The notes under the pieces were generated by a model. The model was given only the letters and a program-made list of their open reading frames with translations, did no database searches and had not been told where the DNA came from. Shown here one piece after another: positions 31,229 through 39,350 of a stretch of DNA of 64,000 nucleotides. The first letter of the stretch is position 1, and each line of letters starts with the position of its first letter. Source of the stretch: an uncultured Methanosarcinaceae archaeon (lineage in GTDB: Archaea > Halobacteriota > Methanosarcinia > Methanosarcinales > Methanosarcinaceae); NCBI GenBank assembly GCA_963721455.1, contig CAVRJG010000039.1, positions 160,001 through 224,000 on the forward strand. The letters are read 5' to 3'. The position numbers and the translations under genes were made by a program.

Positions 31229-31492
31229 AAATACCACATCTTTTGATGCTTATAATATAAGTTCAGCCTACATTCATTATCTTTTTGATATGATTTTGAT
31301 AAGAGCAAAACGATAAAAAAGGCGTTCAGGGAAAAAAAGAAGCAAAGTAGAGGCAGGAATTGAAGAAAAAGAGTTGGAGCATGAAATCAGTGAGAGATAA
31401 AGAAATAGAAAATGAAACAGAGAGTAAAATCAGATAATGAAACGAGAGTAAAATGAAAATCAGATTGAGAAAAAAATCAAAATAAGGATTTA

Positions 31493-31564
31493 CGTCCCGA
31501 CTGAGACTTGAACTCAGGTCTAAGGCTCCGCAGGCCTCAAGGATATCCACTACCCTATCGGGAC
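31493..31564 (-). tRNA. tRNA-Arg (anticodon GCG), intronless, CCA not encoded
   Basis: GTCCCGA/TCGGGAC acceptor stem, GAGGC-CTGCGGA-GCCTT anticodon arm, CTGAG-TTCAAGT-CTCAG T arm; TTTATAT box about 30 bp upstream. Confidence 0.97.
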
Positions 31565-31735
31565 GCAAGCGAGCACCATTGATAAGCACATTCAAGGATA
31601 TAAAGCTTATTCCTCGATAGCCGGTTCAACCCACAGTTTGCCCTTCTTGCCCTCGCGAGAGCTGAAGAAAAAATCCTGTTTCCCTAGCATCAATATCAAT
31701 AAAGATTAAATGCAACAAGTTCGTTCTTATAATTT

Positions 31736-32920
31736 ATGTCGATGACCATAGGACTTGCAGGAAAGCCCAATGCGGGGAAATCCACTTTTTTCAAAGCTGC
31801 TACCCTTGCAGATGTTGAAATTGCAAATTATCCTTTTACAACCATTAACGCCAATCACGGAGTTACCTATGTGCGGGCTGAGTGCCCCTGCAAAGATAAG
31901 GAAAAGACATGTGGAAAGTGTGTGGATGGAATCAGGCTCGTACCTATTGATATAATTGACGTTGCCGGACTTGTCCCTGATGCATATAAAGGAAGAGGAC
32001 TTGGGAATACTTTTCTGGATGAGCTCAGGCAGGCTCAGGCGATTATCCATGTAGTAGACGCCTCAGGCGGGACAGATGCAGAAGGCAACCCTGTGGAAAT
32101 AGGAGACAATGACCCTCTGGATGATGTGATCTTCCTGAACAGGGAAATTACCATGTGGCTCTATGGCATTCTGGAAAGAAACTGGCTCAAGCTTGCCAGA
32201 AAGACCCAGGCAGAAGGGCTTAAGCTCGAAATCGTAATTGCAGAACAGCTTGCTGGAGCAGGAATAAAAGAATCCCATGTAAACGCAGCTTTGATGGAAA
32301 CAGGGCTTGCAAGGTTGGACCATATTAAATGGAGCGAGGAAGATATGATCCGGCTCTGCGACGCAATGAGGGAGATCAGCAAGCCTCTGCTTATCGCCGC
32401 AAACAAAGCAGATATTGCCCCGGGAAAAAATCTGGATAAGCTCAAGGAGCTTGACAGGATAGTGGTGCCTACAAGTGCAGCAGCCGAACTGGCACTTAAG
32501 TCCGCAGCAAAAAGTGGAATTATCAGGTACACCCCGGGAGACAGGAACTTCGATGTGCTTAGCGGAGACCTTACAAAAGCGCAGAAAAGGGGGCTCGAAA
32601 CTATTCAGGGGGTAATTGAAAGGCTCGGCAGTACAGGTGTCCAGGAATGTATAAACAGGACTGTTTTTGAGCTTCTTGACCTTATTGTTGTATATCCCGT
32701 AGAAGATGAAGGGAAATGGTCCGACAAAATCGGGAATATGCTTCCTGACGCCTACCTTATGAAAAGAGGCTCTACGTGCCATGACCTTGCTTACCAGATC
32801 CATACCGAAATAGGGGATCGGTTCCTGTACGCAGTAGATGCAAGGACAAGGCTCAGGCTTGGAGAAAAGCATGAACTGAAAAACGGAGATGTAATCAAAA
32901 TAGTGTCTACTGCAAAATGA
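31736..32920 (+). CDS. ychF: OBG-family GTPase/ATPase (archaeal YchF/Ygr210 type) with TGS domain
   Basis: [29 protein letters not shown] and ANKAD motifs; TGS C-terminus. Confidence 0.9.
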   Translation: MSMTIGLAGKPNAGKSTFFKAATLADVEIANYPFTTINANHGVTYVRAECPCKDKEKTCGKCVDGIRLVPIDIIDVAGLVPDAYKGRGLGNTFLDELRQAQAIIHVVDASGGTDAEGNPVEIGDNDPLDDVIFLNREITMWLYGILERNWLKLARKTQAEGLKLEIVIAEQLAGAGIKESHVNAALMETGLARLDHIKWSEEDMIRLCDAMREISKPLLIAANKADIAPGKNLDKLKELDRIVVPTSAAAELALKSAAKSGIIRYTPGDRNFDVLSGDLTKAQKRGLETIQGVIERLGSTGVQECINRTVFELLDLIVVYPVEDEGKWSDKIGNMLPDAYLMKRGSTCHDLAYQIHTEIGDRFLYAVDARTRLRLGEKHELKNGDVIKIVSTAK

Positions 32921-33017
32921 AAAACCGGTAAATCTGGAAAAATCTGAGGCGTGATAAAAAACAACGGAAAAGAAGAAATACTGGATTGTTTTAGTTGTCA
33001 GGGAGGATATTTTCCAG

Positions 33018-33692
33018 ATGGATTTACTTTCTTTTGCATATCCGTTTTATGAAAGATACCTGGCATGGCAAATAGCCAGGGCATCTTCAAATACCCCAAG
33101 GCATGTGGCAATCATAATCAAGGAAACCGACCTCCTTGAGCTTAAAGGAATGGAGAGGCTCCTATCTACACTTACCATTTTCAGAAGATTCAAGGTAGAA
33201 CTTGTGAGCATCTATGTAGATATCCTGAAGGCTGACCCTTCATTGAAAGCCGAAATCGCATCAACGCTCAAAACCCGGCTGGAAAAGAGCTTTTCGGACT
33301 TTCCTGCAGGCACAGGTTATAGAATTTATGGCCTTGACGGAGAAATAAATGGCAGTCTCCCTGGAAAGGACTTTTTTGTATATGTATTACTGGGATTCGG
33401 AGGAAGAGACGAAATTACCAGGGCCGTGCTGACCATTCTTGACGAAGTAAAGGCAGGAACTGTCAGGCCTGGGGAAGTGGATGAAAAAATGCTTGAATCA
33501 CACCTCCTCGTCAAGCATGAGCCGGATATAATGATCCGTTCAGGAGGACAGAAGCTTTCGGATTTCCTGGTCTGGCAGTCAGTTTATTCAGAATTGTATT
33601 TCACAGATGTCAACTGGAAAGATGTGCGGAGGCTCGACCTTTTAAGATTGATGAGAGATTTCCAGAAGAGACAGAGAAGGTATGGAAGGTGA
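33018..33692 (+). CDS. cis-prenyltransferase family protein, likely the non-catalytic (NgBR/Nus1-like) subunit
   Basis: PRHVAII without the DGNRR motif, PDIMIRSGG, LSDFLVWQSVYSELYF and C-terminal RRYG. Confidence 0.85.
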   Translation: MDLLSFAYPFYERYLAWQIARASSNTPRHVAIIIKETDLLELKGMERLLSTLTIFRRFKVELVSIYVDILKADPSLKAEIASTLKTRLEKSFSDFPAGTGYRIYGLDGEINGSLPGKDFFVYVLLGFGGRDEITRAVLTILDEVKAGTVRPGEVDEKMLESHLLVKHEPDIMIRSGGQKLSDFLVWQSVYSELYFTDVNWKDVRRLDLLRLMRDFQKRQRRYGR

Positions 33693-34233
33693 GTGAACTG
33701 GGGTTTGGAGAAAAGCCGAAAAATTTTCGCTATGCAGTAATTGTGTGCCCTAAATGCAGACAACATGCGCAGATCACAGAAACCGGAAAAAAAACCCTGA
33801 AATGCCAGCACTGCGGCGCTCTCCTGCAAGCCCGAAAACTCAGGGTATTTCACTTTTCCGGAGAACTTGCAGACGCAGTGGCTTTTCGCACTCGCTTGCA
33901 AGCCGAAATTTCCGGAAAAGGAAGTGGAACTTTTTCGCTGAAACCTTCCCCGGAAGAGTATGAACGCCCGAACCCCGAAACTGAGAGTACAACAAAAAAA
34001 TTTAAACTGTCAGAAAACAGGGCTTCTGGCAACCTGCCTCCTAAAAAAGACCAGAAATCAACTTTTCTGGAACTTCTGGAAGCCGCAGACGGAAAAATCG
34101 AAATTGAAGAGCTTCGGCAGAAAGCCCTGGAAAAAGGGATAAGTCCGGAAAAGTTCGAGTATAATTCTCAAAAAACTTCTGGAAACAGGAGAGACTCTAT
34201 TCTCCCGAACCTGGAATTATAAAACTGGTATGA
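33689..34233 (+). CDS. Zinc-ribbon + winged-helix hypothetical protein; C-terminus appears doubly frameshifted
   Basis: CPKC and CQHC pairs. Removing two single bases near 34160 and 34194 restores IILKKLLETGE-LYSPEPGIIKLV* ending at TGA 34233. Confidence 0.7.
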
Positions 34234-34501
34234 AATAATATAGTTTCGACATAAAATTCGCATTACCAATTCAAAATTTTATAACCACGGCGGGCACGGA
34301 AAATCCAATCCAGAAACTGTAACCACCTACAATACGAAAATCATGGAAATCACAAAAACGGTGTCCTTGCTTTATTCCAAGCTGTAGCTGCTTTAAACGG
34401 TTCTAACTAATTTTAGGCTTTTAACCACACGGAAAAAGGTATGTGCTGTAACTTTGCGAAATTAGCCCTCTTGAGCAAAGCTCGGTATCTTCATTTATAA
34501 A

Positions 34502-34564
34502 TTAGTCCGCTTGAGCGAACAAGGTGAGCGAAACGGACAGCGCACTGCAGAGCCGCAACTCTGC
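34502..34564. repeat. Dispersed two-hairpin element, copy A (copy B at 51460-51522)
   Basis: TTAGTCC start, GTCCG/CGGAC and CTTG/CAAG stems, GCAGAG-CCGCAA-CTCTGC hairpin. Confidence 0.7.
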
Positions 34565-34736
34565 CGAGACAAATTATATTAAGTACGAAAAGATTTACTA
34601 TAATCTAATAAAACAGGAACTGAATCCGTCTTGAGCAGCCGAAAGGGAATAAGCCGTATTCAAAGACTATTTAAAGATTATATATTTTTTTCACGAGTAT
34701 AAACAGTTCATTGATAAAGGTATAACGGTGTTAAAA

Positions 34737-35708
34737 ATGATGGATCCGCAAATTGAGCGAAAACTCATTGAAATTATGAGGGTGATTCACGAAAGTGACA
34801 AGCCTATAGGTGCCCGGGCAATAGCTGATGAACTTAATAACCGGGGCTATGATATAGGAGAGCGGGCTGTCCGCTACCATCTGAGGATCCTGGATGAGAG
34901 AGGGTTCACACGCAAACACGGGTATGCAGGGCGTACGCTTACTGAACTGGGAGAAAGCGAGATGAGTGACGCTCTCATCGGAGACCGCTTTGGTTTCGTA
35001 ATATCCCGAATAGAAGAGATGGCGTTCAGGACTACTTATAACCCCGAGACCAATGATGGGGTAGTAGTTGTAAATGTTTCTTACTTTGATAAGGACGATT
35101 TGGAAACAGTTATTGATGTGCTTTCATATACCGCACATTCAGGGTACATGATAAGCCCCAGAGTAAGGATTTTTGAAGAAGGCGAAGAATTGATTCCCCT
35201 GCCTCCTGGCAAAGTCGGAGTAGCTACGGTATGCAGTGTTACTTTTGACGGGCTCCTTCTCAAAGCAGGCATTCCTGTGGAACCTGCTTATGGCGGAATT
35301 CTCCAGATAGAAAACCGGAAGCCTGCACGCTTTTTAGATCTGATTTCTTACAGCGGAACCTCAATTGACCCTATACAGATTTTCATGAGCAGAAAGCCTA
35401 CATCAGTCCTTGAAGTGCTTGAAAAGGGGGAAGGCAAAATCCTTGCCAATATGCGGCAGATCAATTCCTCAGCGTATGACAGGGCAGGGGAAGTCATCAA
35501 AATTGCAGAAAAAGCCGGGCTTGGTGGTTGTTTCCCTCCCGGTGAAATTGATGAGACTTTATTTGGGGCGCCTGTTGAGACAGGAAAATTCGGCATTGCG
35601 GTCGTAGGAGGTATTAACGGTATCTGCGCTCTTGAAGAGACCGGAATTAAAATTGAGACAAACCCTGTTTCTACTGTTATAGAATACAGAACCATGTCAG
35701 AAATCTGA
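34737..35708 (+). CDS. nrpR: Global nitrogen repressor NrpR (wHTH + one NRD domain, NrpRI type)
   Basis: PIGARAIADEL...ERAVRYHLRILDERG wHTH; TVCSVTFDG, YSGTSIDP and VGGING NRD motifs. Confidence 0.92.
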   Translation: MMDPQIERKLIEIMRVIHESDKPIGARAIADELNNRGYDIGERAVRYHLRILDERGFTRKHGYAGRTLTELGESEMSDALIGDRFGFVISRIEEMAFRTTYNPETNDGVVVVNVSYFDKDDLETVIDVLSYTAHSGYMISPRVRIFEEGEELIPLPPGKVGVATVCSVTFDGLLLKAGIPVEPAYGGILQIENRKPARFLDLISYSGTSIDPIQIFMSRKPTSVLEVLEKGEGKILANMRQINSSAYDRAGEVIKIAEKAGLGGCFPPGEIDETLFGAPVETGKFGIAVVGGINGICALEETGIKIETNPVSTVIEYRTMSEI

Positions 35709-35717
35709 GGAGAGCAG

Positions 35718-36380
35718 ATGTTCAGGCTTACTGTCATTTATGACAACAAAGCCGGCGATGACTTCACAGGAAGCTGGGGTTTTGCAGTTCTTGTTGAGAC
35801 AGGCAGCGAAACCCTTCTTTTCGATACTGGATGGGATGGAACTCTTCTGTTAAAACATATGAAGAGACTTAGCATTAATCCTGCAAGTATCAGAAAATTA
35901 ATTATTTCCCACCAGCACTGGGACCATACAGGCGGCCTTCCCGAGATTCTCCAGGCAAGCCCTGGAATTGAGGTATATGTTCCTGCATCTTTTTCGGAAA
36001 ACCTGAAAAAAGAGATTGAGAAAAGGGCGACTCTTATTGAAGTAAAAGAACCTGTAGAAATCTGCCCGGGTATTACGAGTACAGGAGAACTTGGGGATAA
36101 AGTAAAAGAACAGGCGCTGGTCCTGGACACCGGAGACGGATGTTATGTGCTTACAGGCTGTGCTCACCCGGGGCTTGGCGCAATTTTAGATACTGCCCGC
36201 CTTTACGGGAAAATAAAGGGAATCCTCGGGGGACTTCATGATAGCGAAGAGTTTGAAAGGCTGAGAGGGCTGGAACTCATAGCAGCAGGGCACTGCACTG
36301 CTCACAGGGATAAAATAAAAGAAATTTTTCCAAGGGAGTTCGTTGAAATCGAAGTTGGCCTGCGTCTGGATCTGAGATAA
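35718..36380 (+). CDS. Metallo-beta-lactamase-fold hydrolase (COG1237-like)
   Basis: LLFDTG, SHQHWDHTGG, TGCAHPG, GGLH and GHCT motifs. Confidence 0.88.
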   Translation: MFRLTVIYDNKAGDDFTGSWGFAVLVETGSETLLFDTGWDGTLLLKHMKRLSINPASIRKLIISHQHWDHTGGLPEILQASPGIEVYVPASFSENLKKEIEKRATLIEVKEPVEICPGITSTGELGDKVKEQALVLDTGDGCYVLTGCAHPGLGAILDTARLYGKIKGILGGLHDSEEFERLRGLELIAAGHCTAHRDKIKEIFPREFVEIEVGLRLDLR

Positions 36381-36960
36381 ATAGATATGAAGTATAAAAC
36401 CTACTTTCGGCAGGTAACTTGTATTTTTCGCAATATTTTTACTGCTAGCGTTTTTGCTGGAAAACACATATTGTCTGATACCAAACGTTATTGCAAAATT
36501 GGTTCATTGTTCATATATGTCGTGAGATTTGGGTTATACGTTAACCAGTTACAAACCCAATATATATTTGCATAATGTTTGAAAAACGCCATCAGTAAAA
36601 ATTTAATATCTAATGTCGACCTGCCGAATGTAGGATAAAATGTCCTTTTTTGCAAATTTTTAGTTTAAATCCTGAATTTAATATATATTTTAAAAGAGCC
36701 CTGAATTTTAACGCCTTAGTTTTAACAAATGCGTAAAATGTAGAGGAAATGTATAATTAGAAATACAATGTCCTCTAAACAGAATGCAGGACTTAGTGCG
36801 GAATGATGGAGATCAGGCAAAGATACCAGAATTGTCCGATTTTTGCCGTTCTTCCTGCCTCATAGAACGTATTTTGAATAAACGTACTTTGAATGATTAT
36901 TTTCTCGCGATACGAAAAAAGAAAAGGGGAACCGTATCAAAAATGAGATAAACGGAGAAA

Positions 36961-37710
36961 GTGTCGATGCTGAAAATAGAGGACCTGACTGTAGAGGTCA
37001 ACGGAAAAACTTTGCTTCACGACGTGAACCTCGAAGTCAAAAAAGGGTATACTAATGTGCTTTTTGGGCCAAATGGAGCTGGAAAAACAGCTTTGATGAG
37101 AACGATCATGGGCTTTAGCGAGTACAAAGTTGTAAAAGGCCAGATTCTGTTCAATGGAGAAGACATTACCGGCCTGCCGGTGGATGAAAGAGCCCGCCGA
37201 GGACTTGGAATCATGATGCAGCGCCCGCCAGATATGTCCGGGATTAAGTTGAGAGATCTTGTAAGAGTGGCATCCAAAGGAAAGAAAAACCCTGACGATC
37301 TTGCCGAAAAGCTTGATATGAAGCGTTTCCTGGACAGGGATGTCAATGTGGGTTTTTCTGGAGGAGAAATCAAACGTTCCGAACTTCTGCAACTTGAAGC
37401 CCAGGATCCGAGCCTCTACCTTCTGGATGAGCCTGAGTCCGGGGTAGACCTTGTAAGCATAGAACATGTCGGGATGACAATAAAGGGACTGCTCGAAGAA
37501 GGGATCGACTGTCCCGGCGAAACCTGCAAGAAAGGGAAATCAGCCCTTATTATTACCCACACAGGTCAGATCCTGGATTATGTAACGGCAGATAGGGGAT
37601 ATATCCTTTGCAACGGGACGGTTATGTGTTCCGGAAATCCCTTGAAAATGCTGGAAGAAATAAAGAACAGAGGGTACGAGGAGTGTATAAAATGCAGACT
37701 GATGAGGTGA
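36961..37710 (+). CDS. sufC: Fe-S assembly ABC ATPase SufC (SmsC type)
   Basis: GPNGAGKT, FSGGEIKR, LLDEPESGVD and IITH motifs; C-terminal CIKC. Confidence 0.92.
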   Translation: MSMLKIEDLTVEVNGKTLLHDVNLEVKKGYTNVLFGPNGAGKTALMRTIMGFSEYKVVKGQILFNGEDITGLPVDERARRGLGIMMQRPPDMSGIKLRDLVRVASKGKKNPDDLAEKLDMKRFLDRDVNVGFSGGEIKRSELLQLEAQDPSLYLLDEPESGVDLVSIEHVGMTIKGLLEEGIDCPGETCKKGKSALIITHTGQILDYVTADRGYILCNGTVMCSGNPLKMLEEIKNRGYEECIKCRLMR

Positions 37711-38915
37711 ACCTAAAAAAGAGAGCCGAGAGCGCAGCCAGTAAAAAAGCGGCTTTCGGAGAGGATTTCGAGCTGGAAAAGTTTGAGGAAGGTTCCAAGG
37801 TTAGCAAGCCTATTGAAGACCTCCAGACCCTTGACGAGGAAAGCAAAAGAACCCTGTTCCAGGTAGGGGTAATCACGAGCGAAGAAGGGAGATCCGGAAG
37901 TCTGCTGGTACTTGATAATGCAGTCTCGCATTCGTCCCTGAAAGACAAGAGTATAGAACTTATGTCGACCCAGAAAGCCCTGAAAAAGTATGAATGGCTC
38001 AAAGACTACTCGTGGAAACTTGTAGCTGTGGATACTGATAAATACACAGCAAAAACCTATCTTGAAAATGCGGATGGATACTTTGTCCGAGTGCCTGCAG
38101 GTAAGAAATCCTCAATGCCAATCCAGACCTGCCTTATGCTGAACAGTAAAAAAGTATACCAGACCGTACATAACATCATAATCGTCGAAGAAGGCGCCAG
38201 CCTTGACATTATCACAGGCTGTACATCTAAAAAAGGAGTAGAAGAAGGAATACATATGGGAATTTCCGAGATGTACGTAAAAAAAGGCGCTACTCTGAAC
38301 TTTACGATGATCCACAACTGGGCTGAGCAGATCGGAGTTCGCCCGAGGACAGTGGTTCGTGTGGAAGAAGGTGGAACTTACATAAGCAATTACATTTGCC
38401 TGAAACCCGTTCGTTCTGTCCAGATGTACCCAACTGTCAGGCTCGAAGGAGAAGGGGCAGTAACCAGGCTCAATACTATAGCAATTGCCCATCCCGGCTC
38501 TGAACTTGATCTTGGAAGCAGGGCGATTTTCAATGCCCCTGGCACGAAAGCTGAACTTGTCTCGAGGACAATCACAATCGGCGGCAGAATAATTGCAAGG
38601 GGAGAAATGATAGCCAATTCAAAGGGAGCAAAAGGGCACCTTGAATGCAAAGGGCTTGTCCTTACCGATAAAGGAAGCCAGCTCGCAATCCCCGTCCTTG
38701 AAGCAAATGTAGATGACGTCGAACTTACTCACGAAGCAGCCGTTGGAAAAATTGCCAAAGACCAGGTAGAGTACCTTATGGCTAGAGGGCTTACCGAAGA
38801 AGAAGCCGTGGGTATGATCGTGCGCGGGTTCCTTGACGTGGGAATCAGGGGTATCCCGGATGAACTGAGAAATGAAATAGAAAATACAATTACACAGACA
38901 GCTTTTGGAATGTAA
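37692..38915 (+). CDS. sufB: Fe-S assembly scaffold SufB/D family (SmsB type)
   Basis: QTVHNIIIVEEGA, GHLECKGL and LTHEAAVGKIAKDQVEYLMARGL motifs; overlaps sufC. Confidence 0.92.
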   Translation: MQTDEVNLKKRAESAASKKAAFGEDFELEKFEEGSKVSKPIEDLQTLDEESKRTLFQVGVITSEEGRSGSLLVLDNAVSHSSLKDKSIELMSTQKALKKYEWLKDYSWKLVAVDTDKYTAKTYLENADGYFVRVPAGKKSSMPIQTCLMLNSKKVYQTVHNIIIVEEGASLDIITGCTSKKGVEEGIHMGISEMYVKKGATLNFTMIHNWAEQIGVRPRTVVRVEEGGTYISNYICLKPVRSVQMYPTVRLEGEGAVTRLNTIAIAHPGSELDLGSRAIFNAPGTKAELVSRTITIGGRIIARGEMIANSKGAKGHLECKGLVLTDKGSQLAIPVLEANVDDVELTHEAAVGKIAKDQVEYLMARGLTEEEAVGMIVRGFLDVGIRGIPDELRNEIENTITQTAFGM

Positions 38916-39350
38916 TTCAAAATATGAAAGGATTTAAATAGACACGGAAAGACAAAGAAAAATTCTTCCCTTATCTCTTTTTTCCGTGTTTTTCGGGGGT
39001 ATAAAATCTGGGGCAGATTAAGTGTAAATATTTACGTTTGAAATAACAAGTACAGAAAAGGGTGTGTGGGTCCGGCAGGAAAAAAGGAGAAACCTGTCGG
39101 CTTTTTTGTGGAGCATTTGTGGATTTTAATAAGCTGGAAGCATGATTCTCAATAATAGGGCTTATTCTTGGAAAAGAAAGCCTTACAGCAAATGCTGCTC
39201 ATTAAACTGCAATTTGCAAATCGAAAAAAGGAATTTAAATATATTAATATGCTATCGGTTTTATATAAATTTGTATGAATCGAAATTAGATTACTCACAG
39301 ACGATTAAATACGAGTTTTCAAATTATTTAGGTTCTCGGAAAAGGGGGAA

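Noticed and set aside
31326-31595. 89-aa ORF over the tRNA
   Set aside because: It overlaps tRNA-Arg and its T-rich trailer; spurious.
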